Part shown: in pieces, positions 38,793 to 48,737 of the stretch
How the letters are laid out: each line of letters starts with the position of its first letter
How positions within the stretch are numbered: the first letter of the stretch is position 1
Assembly (NCBI GenBank): GCA_963842525.1
Contig: CAWJGT010000012.1
Span: forward strand, 68,809 to 132,808
Reading direction: 5' to 3'
Length of the DNA stretch: 64,000 nucleotides
DNA from: an uncultured Holophagales bacterium
GTDB taxonomy: Bacteria > Acidobacteriota > Thermoanaerobaculia > Multivoradales > UBA5704
The notes under the pieces: generated by a model
Told to the model about the DNA's origin: nothing
The model's input: the letters and a program-made list of their open reading frames with translations, nothing else
Databases searched by the model: none
Made by a program: the position numbers and the translations under genes

Positions 38793-39359
38793 ATGAGCCA
38801 GGATCGCGAGCTGACCGTCCTCGCCTTTGCCGGGAGCCTCCGGCGGGATTCCTACAACCGGGCGCTCCTGCGCGCCGCTCAGGAGGTGGCGCCCGCGGGG
38901 ATGGCGATCTCGATCTTCGAGATCGACGAGGTGCCGCTCTACAACGCCGATGTCGAGGCGCAAGGCGATCCCGAGCCGGTCGCTCGCTTCAAACAGGCGA
39001 TCCGGGAGGCCGACGGGCTCCTCATCGCCACCCCTGAGTACAACCACGGAGTCCCGGGCGTCACGAAGAACGCCGTCGATTGGGCCTCGCGTCCGCCACG
39101 CCAGGCGGCTCTCGACGGCAAGCCGGTCGCCATCCTCGGCGCTTCCCCCGGCATGACGGGTACGGCGCGCGGCCAGAGCCAGCTCCGCCAGGCCTTCGAA
39201 TTCACCAACTCCTACTGCATGCCGCAACCGGAGATCCTCGTCTACCGGGCGCACGAGAAGTTCGATGCCGAGGGCCGGCTCACCGACGAGAGAACGAGGG
39301 AATTCCTCGGCAAGTTCCTGGTGGCGTTCGGCCAGTGGATCGAGAGGCTGCAAATCTGA
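38793..39359 (+). CDS. NADPH-dependent FMN reductase (ChrR/SsuE-like)
   Basis: GSLRRDSYN, ATPEYNHG, KNAVDWASR. Confidence 0.92.
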   Translation: MSQDRELTVLAFAGSLRRDSYNRALLRAAQEVAPAGMAISIFEIDEVPLYNADVEAQGDPEPVARFKQAIREADGLLIATPEYNHGVPGVTKNAVDWASRPPRQAALDGKPVAILGASPGMTGTARGQSQLRQAFEFTNSYCMPQPEILVYRAHEKFDAEGRLTDERTREFLGKFLVAFGQWIERLQI

Positions 39360-39370
39360 AGGGGCGCATC

Positions 39371-40339
39371 ATGAGCTACGTCCACGGTATCCATCACATT
39401 ACGGCCATCAGCGGAGACGCCCAGGAGAACCTCGATTTCTACACCGGAGCCCTGGGCCTCCGTCTGGTCAAACGTTCGATCAATCAGGATGTGCCCGATA
39501 CGTATCACCTTTTTTATGCCGACGCGGAGGGGCACCCTGGCACCGACCTGACCTTCTTTCCCTGGCCGGAGATGCCGCCTGGACGGAGGGGAACCGGGCT
39601 GACTGTCGAAGTGGGCTTCGCGGTGCCCGAAGGAAGCCTCGGCTTCTGGGCAGAGCGGCTAGGGAAGATGGGAGTCGCGGTCGAGGATCCGGAAAAGCGC
39701 TTCGGCGAGACCGTTCTGCGGTTTCGTGACCCGCACGGTCTCGAGCTTGCGCTGACCGAAACGTCCGAGCCGCGGGAATTTGCCCCTTGGCTCGAGGGTC
39801 CCGTGCCGGAGCGGCACCAGATCCGGGGTTTCCATGCTGCACGTCTGTGGGAGCGGGATCTGGCCAAGACCGCCCGCTTCCTGGGCGACACCCTCGGTTT
39901 CGAATCTCTTGGCGAGGACGCCGGCTGGCACCGGTTCGGCGTCGACGGGGGCGGCTCCGGGAAGTGGCTCGAAGTACGCGAGCTCCCCGATGGGCACCTC
40001 GGCTCCTGGGGTACCGGCGCTGTCCATCACGTGGCTTTCCGGGTCGCCGACGAGGAGGAGCAGCTCGGAGTCCGCCGCCGGATCGCGGCGGCAGGCTCCC
40101 ACCCCACCCCCGTGATCGACCGCTTCTGGTTCAAATCAGTTTATTTCAGGGAGCCCGGCGGCGCGCTCTTCGAGGTCGCCACCGAAGAGCCGGGATTCAC
40201 TGTGGACGAAGACATGGCGCACCTGGGCGAGCGGCTGATCCTGCCGCCCTGGTTCGAGTCCGAACGGCAGGAGATCGAGGCGGCGCTGCCGCCGCTACGG
40301 ATGGCGGAGCACACGGCGGCCGACACGGCAGACCGCTAA
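39371..40339 (+). CDS. Ring-cleaving dioxygenase (MhqO-like, VOC family)
   Basis: GIHHITAI, YHLFYAD, GAVHHVAFR, DRFWFKSVYFREPGGALFEVAT. Confidence 0.92.
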   Translation: MSYVHGIHHITAISGDAQENLDFYTGALGLRLVKRSINQDVPDTYHLFYADAEGHPGTDLTFFPWPEMPPGRRGTGLTVEVGFAVPEGSLGFWAERLGKMGVAVEDPEKRFGETVLRFRDPHGLELALTETSEPREFAPWLEGPVPERHQIRGFHAARLWERDLAKTARFLGDTLGFESLGEDAGWHRFGVDGGGSGKWLEVRELPDGHLGSWGTGAVHHVAFRVADEEEQLGVRRRIAAAGSHPTPVIDRFWFKSVYFREPGGALFEVATEEPGFTVDEDMAHLGERLILPPWFESERQEIEAALPPLRMAEHTAADTADR

Positions 40340-40346
40340 CGCTCGC

Positions 40347-42056
40347 TCACGTCTCGATCCGCCGGTACTCGGTGCCGGAGATGTACACGCGGAGCGCCCT
40401 GCCGTTGACGATTTCTTCGAAGCGGACGCGGTCGGGGGCGTGCTCCTCTTCGCCGAAGCGGAAGAGGCCGGCTCTGAGCGGCACCAGGGGGGCTCCGCCG
40501 AGCCAGAGGCGGCCCTTGCGCAGGACGACCCGCAGGCTTCCCTCCCACGGGTTCTCGTTGCGGTAGTGCCCGGCATAGGCACTCCACTCGGCTGGCGTGT
40601 CGAAGGTCCGCGGACCGGTGTAGCGCTCCCCCGTGTACCAGTCGCCGCCGTGGCTCACCTCGACCACCGCGTTCTCCTCACGTTCGAAGCCCAGAGGAAA
40701 CAGCTCGAAGGCCGGGTGGGACACGTAGAAATAGTCCGGCGCCATTCTTTCGAGGATCACGCGTTCGTCGGGCTGGACAAGCTTCAGGTGCCCGTCCTCG
40801 GCGACGAGCACGAGCTTGCGGCCGTCCGGCGCCGTGTACGTCCCGGCATAGTCGGCCGCATTGGTCACCTTATATGGATCGTCGGGCTCCGGTGGTGAAG
40901 GGAACGGGCTCCCTGCGCCCGCCGCGCGGAGCACCGCCAGGGCATAGGCGGCCACCGCGTTCGGCCGGTAGCCCGCGAGCGACGCATTGACCGAGGCGAA
41001 CGCTCCGAAGCCGGCGTCGAGGTCGACCTGCATGGCCGAGCTGAAGGAGACCATCCCTCCCGTGTGCCGCAGCACCGTGCGGCCTTCGACCGGCTGCACG
41101 GCGATCCCATAGCCGTAGCCGGCCCCTTCGCCGAAGCCGGGCGACGGGATCGCCGGCCGCATGAAGAGGGCGAAGCTCTCCTCCGAGAGCAGCCGGCCCT
41201 GCGGCGTCCGTCCGCGGTTGAGGAGCATCCGCATGTAGAGCGCCATGTCGCCGGGGGTCGAGACGATGCATCCCGCGGCGTTGTCCATCGCCAGGTACGG
41301 GGCTTCGACGAGCGGTCCGTGACGCTGGAACGGCCGGTCGTCGTAGAGCGGCCAGTAGCTCACCGGCAGCCGCGATCGGATCTGGTGAGAGATCACCGGC
41401 TCGCTCGAAGTCATGCCGAGCGGCTGCAGGATGCGGGCGTGCAGGCTTGCGCGCAACGGCCGCCTGTCGAGCGTTTCGAGCAGCAGGCCCAGGATCTGAT
41501 AGCCCGCGTTGCAATAATGAAAATGTGCGCCGGGCGCCGATGCGGTCCACAGCGGAATGGCGGGAAGGCTCAGCGGGTTGGGCAGGCCCGACGTGTGGGT
41601 CAGGAGGTGATGGGTCGTGATCGGCGCATACGCGCTTTCGATGCGCAGCCAGGGGAGGATCTCGCGCACGGGGCGAGCGAGGTCGAGCTTGCCTTCGTCG
41701 CGGAGCTGCAGCAGGGCGATGGCGACGAACGACTTGGTGATCGAGCCGATCTCGAAGAGGTCCTGGGGCTGGACCTGCCGTCCGGTCTTGACGTCCACAT
41801 GACCGTAGGTCCGCACGGCGACCACACCCTGGCGGTCCGCGATCCCGAGCGTCAACCCAGGGAGGCCCATCTCTCGCCGGTGGCGCTCGACGAAAGCGTC
41901 GATGGCAGTGATCGCGGGGGTCGTAGCGGGAGACGGCCCACCTGCAGCCGGATCCTGCACACTCGGCCCTGGAGCGCCTGTGACCCGGGTGGCTCCCAGG
42001 CCCAGAGCGGTCCATGCGGTCCATCCCAGAAAACCTCGCCGGCTGATGCCCTCCAT
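40347..42056 (-). CDS. Tat-exported serine hydrolase (beta-lactamase class C/S12 family)
   Basis: SRRGFL Tat motif, SITK, YCN, HTGG. Confidence 0.9.
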   Translation of the reverse strand: MEGISRRGFLGWTAWTALGLGATRVTGAPGPSVQDPAAGGPSPATTPAITAIDAFVERHRREMGLPGLTLGIADRQGVVAVRTYGHVDVKTGRQVQPQDLFEIGSITKSFVAIALLQLRDEGKLDLARPVREILPWLRIESAYAPITTHHLLTHTSGLPNPLSLPAIPLWTASAPGAHFHYCNAGYQILGLLLETLDRRPLRASLHARILQPLGMTSSEPVISHQIRSRLPVSYWPLYDDRPFQRHGPLVEAPYLAMDNAAGCIVSTPGDMALYMRMLLNRGRTPQGRLLSEESFALFMRPAIPSPGFGEGAGYGYGIAVQPVEGRTVLRHTGGMVSFSSAMQVDLDAGFGAFASVNASLAGYRPNAVAAYALAVLRAAGAGSPFPSPPEPDDPYKVTNAADYAGTYTAPDGRKLVLVAEDGHLKLVQPDERVILERMAPDYFYVSHPAFELFPLGFEREENAVVEVSHGGDWYTGERYTGPRTFDTPAEWSAYAGHYRNENPWEGSLRVVLRKGRLWLGGAPLVPLRAGLFRFGEEEHAPDRVRFEEIVNGRALRVYISGTEYRRIET

Positions 42057-42155
42057 GCCGAGCCCTCCTCTCGTCGTCCATCCGAGTGGGCCGCATTATA
42101 GGGGGAGCCGGCGCTCCCCCGGAGCTGCACGGCGCAGCTCCGGGGGTCGGGAAGA

Positions 42156-44684
42156 TCACGGCTCGACGAGGTAGACGCCGAAAAAGCGCGTCGCGGTCAC
42201 CGCGTACTCGCCGCGGCTGACCGTCTGGAGGGGCTTGAAGCGGGCGTGGAGGGTCGGCGTCAGCTCGAAGGGGCCCTGGGTCGTCCAGAAGTAGGCGTTG
42301 AGGATGTTCAGGTCCAGCGCGAGCTGAACGTAGCCCTTGAGCCCCGCCGGGATCTGGGCGCTGTCTTCGATCGGGATGCGCTCGCCATTGACCAGGACCG
42401 TCACCGGCTGGCTGTTCAGGGCCAGGGCCTGCGGCTCCATCCCCAGGCTCTGCACCAGCGCATAGGCCACGTCGACGCGGGTCACCGAGCCGTAGGGGTC
42501 GAACTGCCCGGGCGCCACCGGCAGCATCACACCGCGGTATTGCTGGAACATGTCGCGGAACGCGGCGCCACGGGCGGCCACGGCCTCGGCAAGCGGCTTC
42601 TGCTGGGCGTCGACATCGGTAAAGGTCTGCGCACCGTCGACCGGGAAGAATTGCCGGATCTCGGCCCCCATCAGGAGGTAGTCCGCGAGCTGGCCCCGGG
42701 TCAGCGACGCATCCGGCCGGAAGGTGCCGTCGGAATAGCCGTCCACCAGCCGTTCGGCGACGCCGACCTTGATCGCCCCCTCGGCCGGATGCCCGGCGAT
42801 GTCGGAGAGGCCGGAAAAGCCGAAGTCCCGTTTGAATTTGAGCGTGCCCGCGAGCGCCTCCGGCACGGCGGCGCCCGAGGTGGGGTTCGCAGGGTCGCCC
42901 CGCAGCCCGCGCACCTCGAGGACCCAATCGCCGGGCGGCGGCGACGGCACCACGACCGTGCGGTCGCTCGACAGGGAGAACGCCACGGGGACCCCCGAGC
43001 TGTGCTCGGTCCCGTCCGGTGCGATGAGGACCAGGTTGATGGAGTTGCCCGTCTCGCCCTCCACCCCGGTAGCGCTCACCTTGGCGATCATCTCGACCAG
43101 TCCGTCCGGCACCGTGAACGGACGCCGGTTCGCCGTCGGCGACAGGGCCGGCACCGGGTTGAAGTCCAGCGGGAAGCCCGCGGTCGTGATCTGCAGGCTC
43201 TGGTCGGCGTTGAAATCGCGCGTCAGGTTGAGTGCGCTGCCGTAGTCGCGCTCCTGGTGGACGCGGTCGATCGCCGCATAGGCATTGACGAAACCCGCCC
43301 CTATCTGCCAGGGCTCGTAGCCCGGCATGTTGGTGGCCGTCTTCTGCAGGATGGCTTTGACCTCGTACGGGGTGAGCGACGGGTTGGCCTCCAGCAGCAG
43401 CGCCACGATCCCGGCCACGTGGGGCGCCGCCATCGACGTGCCGGTCAGGACCGTGTAGAACGGCAGGAAGGCAGGGTCGATCCGCGCAACGTCCTCGGCC
43501 GGGCCCGCCTGGCCGGCGATCGCGGTCGCGGTGTTGGTCGTGGAGCGGGTCGAGATGATGAAGGTCCCCGGGGCCGTGACCGTCGGCCGGTCCTCCCAGG
43601 TGAAGGTCTCGCCGTCGACCATGACCGTGCCGCCGCGGCCGTCCATGCCTTTGGAGGAGCTGGCGTTGAGGCCACCTTCCTTGGTGCCGTTGGCGACCGC
43701 GATCACCCAGGGGGCCTTCTTGAAGTTGCCGGTGATCGTATCCTCGGCCGGGCCGGAGTTGCCGGTCGAGAAGACCACCACGATCCCGAGGTCCGTCGCG
43801 CGCTTGCTCGCCACGTTGACGGGATCGTCAGGATTAAACGGCGTTCCCACGTCGCCCGTGTTGCCCCAGGAGTTGTTCATCACGCGGATGCCCAGGCGGT
43901 GGTAGTTGGACAGGGCATAGTCGAAGCCGCCCAGGGTGTCGAGAATGAAGATGGCCGCGCCGGACCCATAGCCGATGAGATCCGCCCCTGGCGCCACGCC
44001 TTCGTACTTGCCGCCCGACTTCTCGCCCGTGGCGCCGATGATGCCGGCCACGTGCGTGCCATGGCCCGAGCCGAGGTCCGTATCCGGAAGCCCCTCGGTC
44101 CAGGTGATGGGCAGAAGACTGTCGTAGGCGTGCAGGTTCGTCACCCCGGTCACGTTCTCGACCACGTGCGGGCCGTACTCGAGATCCTGGTGCAGGCCGT
44201 CGACGCCGCTGTCGTTGATCAGCACCCCTACGCCGCGTCCGGTGAGTGGAACGCCGCCGTTGTGGCTGCGGAACGTGGCGTCCGTGCGCGCCCGCCGGAC
44301 ACCGGTCAGAGAGGTCGCCTCGTAGTTGTCGTACTGGAGGCGCGAGTTGGGCCAGAGGGAGCGCACCTCGGCGCGGCCGGCCAGGGCTTCGGCCTGCGCC
44401 CGGGTAGCCAGCACGCCCATGATCGGCAAGGACTGGAAGTAGACGCCGCGGGAGATCCCCAGCGACCGGACCAGTTGGAGATGCGCGGGGCTGACGGCGT
44501 CACCCTGGAAGGTGACGATGATTTCAGCCGTCTGCACGGGACCGAGCGCGGCCAACTGCGCCTGGAGGCCGGGACCGAGCTTGGCAGCCTGGAGCGGCAG
44601 GGAGGAAAGGCTCGCGCAGAGCAGCAGAGCCAGGAGGAGAGGGTGTCCGAAGCCGCGCGTTACGGAGCAAAAAGTGCGTCGCAC
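42156..44684 (-). CDS. S8 subtilisin-like protease with C-terminal SLH domains
   Basis: DSG, HGTHVAG and GTSMAAPHVAG triad; SLH-like DIAGHPAE...GYSDGTFRPDASLTRGQ. Confidence 0.92.
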   Translation of the reverse strand: MRRTFCSVTRGFGHPLLLALLLCASLSSLPLQAAKLGPGLQAQLAALGPVQTAEIIVTFQGDAVSPAHLQLVRSLGISRGVYFQSLPIMGVLATRAQAEALAGRAEVRSLWPNSRLQYDNYEATSLTGVRRARTDATFRSHNGGVPLTGRGVGVLINDSGVDGLHQDLEYGPHVVENVTGVTNLHAYDSLLPITWTEGLPDTDLGSGHGTHVAGIIGATGEKSGGKYEGVAPGADLIGYGSGAAIFILDTLGGFDYALSNYHRLGIRVMNNSWGNTGDVGTPFNPDDPVNVASKRATDLGIVVVFSTGNSGPAEDTITGNFKKAPWVIAVANGTKEGGLNASSSKGMDGRGGTVMVDGETFTWEDRPTVTAPGTFIISTRSTTNTATAIAGQAGPAEDVARIDPAFLPFYTVLTGTSMAAPHVAGIVALLLEANPSLTPYEVKAILQKTATNMPGYEPWQIGAGFVNAYAAIDRVHQERDYGSALNLTRDFNADQSLQITTAGFPLDFNPVPALSPTANRRPFTVPDGLVEMIAKVSATGVEGETGNSINLVLIAPDGTEHSSGVPVAFSLSSDRTVVVPSPPPGDWVLEVRGLRGDPANPTSGAAVPEALAGTLKFKRDFGFSGLSDIAGHPAEGAIKVGVAERLVDGYSDGTFRPDASLTRGQLADYLLMGAEIRQFFPVDGAQTFTDVDAQQKPLAEAVAARGAAFRDMFQQYRGVMLPVAPGQFDPYGSVTRVDVAYALVQSLGMEPQALALNSQPVTVLVNGERIPIEDSAQIPAGLKGYVQLALDLNILNAYFWTTQGPFELTPTLHARFKPLQTVSRGEYAVTATRFFGVYLVEP

Positions 44685-44976
44685 TTCATACCTCCTTGGG
44701 TGTTGAGTTGGGAGCGAAGAGGGAACGGGTTCGCCTAACATCGTAGTAACACTATGAGCAATAACAAGGCCACAATTCCAGGCGAGCGGACCCTTTGGGG
44801 GAAAGCTCCCCCTCCCCCTGAGGGATTCACCTCAGAGGAAGGTGACCGGATGAAGGTGTCGCGCGGTTCGGACGGCCGGGTTACGCCTCGGCGCTCGCCT
44901 CGCGGGCAAGACGCGGTCGATTGCGGCATGGAACCGGTCACCAACGCCTTCTCTGCTATCGTCCCGCCCGGAAGCC

Positions 44977-45766
44977 ATGCTGGAGACCGTCTACGCCACC
45001 CGCTACGTGACACCCCTGCGAGAGGGCGGCTCTCTTCCCGCGATCGTGGAGGCGAGCGATCTGGGGCTCTATGTGCTCAAGTTCCGGGGAGCCGGGCAGG
45101 GCCCGCTGGCGCTGGTGGCCGAGCTCCTCGGCGCGGAGATCGGCCGGGCTCTCGGGCTCAAGGTCCCCGACGTCGTGCTGATGGAGGTGGATGTGGCGCT
45201 GGGGCGCAACGAGGCCGACCCGGAGATCCGCGAGCTGCTGCGGGCGAGCGTGGGGCTCGAACCTGGGCATCGACTACCTGCCGGGATCGGTGAGCTTCGA
45301 CCCGGCCGCCCGCGACACCGTCGATGCGGATCTCGCCTCGGCGATCGTGTGGTTCGACGCGTTCATCACCAATGTCGACCGCACGCCGCGCAATCCCAAT
45401 CTCCTGTGGTGGCACAAGGTCCTGTACCTGATCGATCACGGCGCCGCGCTCTACTTCCACCACACCTGGCAGAATGCCGAGCAGATGGCCCGCAGCCGCT
45501 TTCCCGCCGTGCGCGACCACGTGCTCCTGCCTTGGGCGAGCCGCATCGAGGAGGCGGATCTCCGGTTGAGCCCGCTGCTCGACGAGGCGCTGCTCTCGCG
45601 TGTGATCGATCAGATCCCGGAGGACTGGCTCGTGCCCGAGCCCGGCCTCGCCACTCCCGCCGCTGCCGCCGACCGGCGCGCGGGGTACCTGGCGTTCCTC
45701 ACCCAGAGGCTCGCCGCGGCGGCGTTCGTCGAGGAGGCGGTGCGTGCCCGCGCTCAGCTCATTTGA
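44977..45766 (+). CDS. HipA-like (PI3/PI4-kinase fold) kinase, frameshift ~45260
   Basis: REGGSLPAIV, YVLKF, NVDRTPRNPNLL, LIDHG. Confidence 0.88.
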
Positions 45767-46332
45767 CTACGCCCTCATCCGGGTGGTGCCGCGCGTCGAG
45801 CGCGGAGAGCACCTCAACGCCGGCGTCCTTCTCTTCTGCCTCGAAAGGGATTTCCTCGCGGCGCGGATCGAGGTGAACGAACCACGGCTCCGCGCGCTCT
45901 GGCCCGAGACCGACGTCGACCTGGTCCGCCAGCACCTCGAGGCAATCCCCAGGATCTGCGCCGGCAGCCCGGAAGGCGGCCCCATCGCGAAGCTCTCGCT
46001 GCGCGAGCGCTTCCACTGGCTCGTCGCTCCTCGCAGCACCATCATTCAGGTCTCGCCGGTGCACGCGGGCCTCTGCGAGGCGCCGGAGCGTGCTCTCGAC
46101 GAGCTGTTTCAACAGATGGTGCTCGTGCGCGATCTGGCCGCGGTGCTAACCCAACGCGAGATCGAGATCGTGCGCCGGGTGGCGACCGGGCTGCGCAACA
46201 AGGAGATCGCGCTCCAGCTCTCGATCACCGAGGGCACGGTCAAGATGCACCTCCACAACATCTTCGACAAGTTGAAGGTCGGAAGCCGGATGGAGGCTCA
46301 CGTTGCACGCCCAGAGCAAGGGATTGCTCTGA
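45744..46332 (+). CDS. DUF3037 protein fused to a LuxR-type HTH (1-nt indel ~46296; probable stop at 46330-46332)
   Basis: FDYALIRVVPRVERGEHLNAGV...ERFHWLVAPRSTIIQVSPVH continues in frame into LTQREIEIVRRVATGLRNKEIALQLSITEGTVKMHLHNIFDKL. Confidence 0.85.
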
Positions 46333-46333
46333 G

Positions 46334-46573
46334 CTACGTGAGCTTTCCGATCTCCTCGTCCAGAAAGGCCAGAGCGTGCTCCAGAGAGGTGCGGCGGACA
46401 GCCGATCGGGCCGTCTCGAGCTCCTGCATGACGCGTCGTCGCGACAGCTCGAGCCCGTCCCGCTTCTTCTTGATCTCGCGCTGCTCGGGGGTGAGCGCCA
46501 CGCCCCGCTCCGAGCGCGACGCGGCGTCTTCGATCTGTGATTCAACGGACTTGCTTTCCCAGCCGCGTGCCAT
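46334..46573 (-). CDS. Small hypothetical protein
   Basis: GGAGG RBS; MARGWESKSVESQIE...; helical 79 aa. Confidence 0.75.
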   Translation of the reverse strand: MARGWESKSVESQIEDAASRSERGVALTPEQREIKKKRDGLELSRRRVMQELETARSAVRRTSLEHALAFLDEEIGKLT

Positions 46574-46624
46574 ACATCGCCTCCAGCCTCCAAGAATAGC
46601 TGAAGGAGTCGCGACGGTGGCGCG

Positions 46625-47521
46625 CTACCTCTTCGAATTCGATCGGTGCTGCTGCCATCGATCCTTGATTCCGTCGCCTGCCTTGCGCCCTGCATTCCTG
46701 AGGCGGTCCATGACAGACCTCGACTCTTCCTTGGCCTGGCTGCGCACCTGACGATCCCCGTCCGTGGTTGGTTTGACCTGGGGTGGGGCCGAAGTCTTCG
46801 CGGTCGTCTCGCCGGCCGTGGGCTGAGCCGTGCCGCTGCCGGCGCTCTCCACCTTCTGGATTGGCAGGGGGCCGCTGTCGACCTTGGCTCGCACCCAGCC
46901 GGCAGACACCAGCACGACGGCGCCTACGAGAAAGGCCGCGGCGAGCTTCAACATCCAGCCGGGCCTCGCAGCCCTTGCGGCCGGTGCTGGCGGCGGCTCC
47001 TCCTGCCGCGGCTCGGGCGCCGGGGCCTCTTCCCCCAGGGCCTCCCGGATCGTCTTGACTAGGCGGTCCACGTCATAGGCCCAGCGGGTGTCGCTGAGCC
47101 CGATGGCGTTGCGCCGCGCCAGCCGGGCGAGCGAGGACGGCAGCTCGTCGGCCTGGGGCATGGCCGCGCCCTGCACCAGCACCGGGATGACCCGGATGTC
47201 GCGCCCCAGGGCGGACTCGACCTCCTGGCGCACGAAGTCCCCGGGGTCGTCGAGGCGCCGCTGCCCGGCCGCATCCGCGACGGTCAGCCACTTCTGGCCG
47301 ATGACAACGATCAGCACCTCGCACGAGCCGACCGCCTTTTTGATGGCATCGACGAAATCGACGCCGGGCTCGAGGGTGTCGACATCCATGAACAGCCGGT
47401 CCGGGAAGCGATCGCCGAGGACATCGAAGAGCCGCCCCGAGTGGCCTGCGCTGTCCTCCTGGCGATAGCTGATGAAGATATTTGCCGAACGTTCCGGTGA
47501 TCTGTCAGGCCTCGGTTGCAT
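46625..47521 (-). CDS. TIR domain protein with a single TM helix
   Basis: IFISYRQEDS, FMDVDTLEPGVDF, DFVRQEVESAL (Glu at the catalytic position), IPVLV; TM LAAAFLVGAVVLVSAGW. Confidence 0.92.
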   Translation of the reverse strand: MQPRPDRSPERSANIFISYRQEDSAGHSGRLFDVLGDRFPDRLFMDVDTLEPGVDFVDAIKKAVGSCEVLIVVIGQKWLTVADAAGQRRLDDPGDFVRQEVESALGRDIRVIPVLVQGAAMPQADELPSSLARLARRNAIGLSDTRWAYDVDRLVKTIREALGEEAPAPEPRQEEPPPAPAARAARPGWMLKLAAAFLVGAVVLVSAGWVRAKVDSGPLPIQKVESAGSGTAQPTAGETTAKTSAPPQVKPTTDGDRQVRSQAKEESRSVMDRLRNAGRKAGDGIKDRWQQHRSNSKR

Positions 47522-47769
47522 CGCCGATCTCCTCGTTGTGCGGCCTCCCGGGCTTTGCTGGTTGGAAGGCTCACCCTTCCTCGAGCTGTCACCACGGCGC
47601 CAGCTATCTCACCTCCTTTTTGATCGATGAGGATCAGTCCCCGGCCAGGGACGCGCCGAGGGCGCCGCAGTAGGCGCCGTCGGGCAGGAGCCAGGAGTCC
47701 GCGCCGCCCGCGTAGCAACGTGGAGGCTGGTGCGCAGAAGGGTCGATCGATCTGGAAAGGAGCGCTGCC

Positions 47770-48693
47770 TCACCGGTTCTTGGCGCTGCGCCAGAGGTCC
47801 TTGGCTTTGTCTTTGCCCCTCTTCAGAAAGCCCTTCCGCTCCTCTGTTTTGGAGGTGTCCCGTCCTGCCTGGGTGCGGGTCGGTCTCTTGGAGGAAGCCA
47901 TTTGCCGCGGCTTGTCAGCCCGTTCAGACTCCTTCAGCACCGCTTCGATCAGTTCCGTCGAGAGCGTCGGGCCTGCCGCCGGAGTCTCCGCGGGGACGAT
48001 CTGCGGGTTTTTCTGATCTGGCATGGGATTCCCGAGCCTCCACCCCATCCACGCCGCCAGGGCCAGCACCGCGATTGAGAAGGCCAACACGGCGCGTGGC
48101 CAGGCTCGCGGCTTCGGCGTCTCCGGGACCGGAGGCGGCGTCGGCTGGACTACAGCCGCCGTCACGACTGGCAGCGTCGTCGCCGGCAGGAGCGCGGAAG
48201 GCGCCTTGTCCTGGAGGACTCCTTCGATCGTCTCGATCAGGCGTTCCACGTCGAAGGCCCAGCGGGCGTCGCTCAGCTCAATGGCATTGCGCCGCGTCAG
48301 CTTGCCGAGGTCCTCCGGCAGATCCTCCGGCCGCGGCATCATCGCGCCCTCCACCAGCACGGGGATAATGCGGATGTTGCGCTTCAGCGCCTCGGCGACT
48401 TCCAGCCGTACGAAATCACTCGGATTGTCCAGCCGCCGGCGTCCGGTCGTGTCCGTGAGATCCAGCCAGTCGCGGCCGATCATCACGATCAGCACCTCGC
48501 AGCAGCCCACCGCCTCATGGATGATCTCGACGAAATCGATGCCGGGCTCGATCGTGTCGATGTCCATGAACACCCGGTCCGGGAAGCGGTTGCTCAGGCG
48601 GTCGAACAACCGCCCCGCATGGCCCGCGGTATCCTCACGGCGATAATTGACGAAGATGTATCGCTTTGGCAATCGTTCGTTTTTCAGGCTCAT
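47770..48693 (-). CDS. TIR domain protein with a single TM helix (paralog)
   Basis: IFVNYRREDT, FMDIDTIEPGIDF, DFVRLEVAEAL; TM AVLAFSIAVLALAAWMGW. Confidence 0.92.
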   Translation of the reverse strand: MSLKNERLPKRYIFVNYRREDTAGHAGRLFDRLSNRFPDRVFMDIDTIEPGIDFVEIIHEAVGCCEVLIVMIGRDWLDLTDTTGRRRLDNPSDFVRLEVAEALKRNIRIIPVLVEGAMMPRPEDLPEDLGKLTRRNAIELSDARWAFDVERLIETIEGVLQDKAPSALLPATTLPVVTAAVVQPTPPPVPETPKPRAWPRAVLAFSIAVLALAAWMGWRLGNPMPDQKNPQIVPAETPAAGPTLSTELIEAVLKESERADKPRQMASSKRPTRTQAGRDTSKTEERKGFLKRGKDKAKDLWRSAKNR

Positions 48694-48737
48694 GGTGCTC
48701 ACCCCTTTGGCAAGCTGTCGCCATGAGCCCGGTTATC

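Noticed and set aside
46332-46751. C-terminal extension of the 335-aa DUF3037 ORF
   Set aside because: It is antisense to the 79-aa gene. A 1-nt correction gives a typical LuxR ending (ELTLHAQSKGLL*) at 46332.
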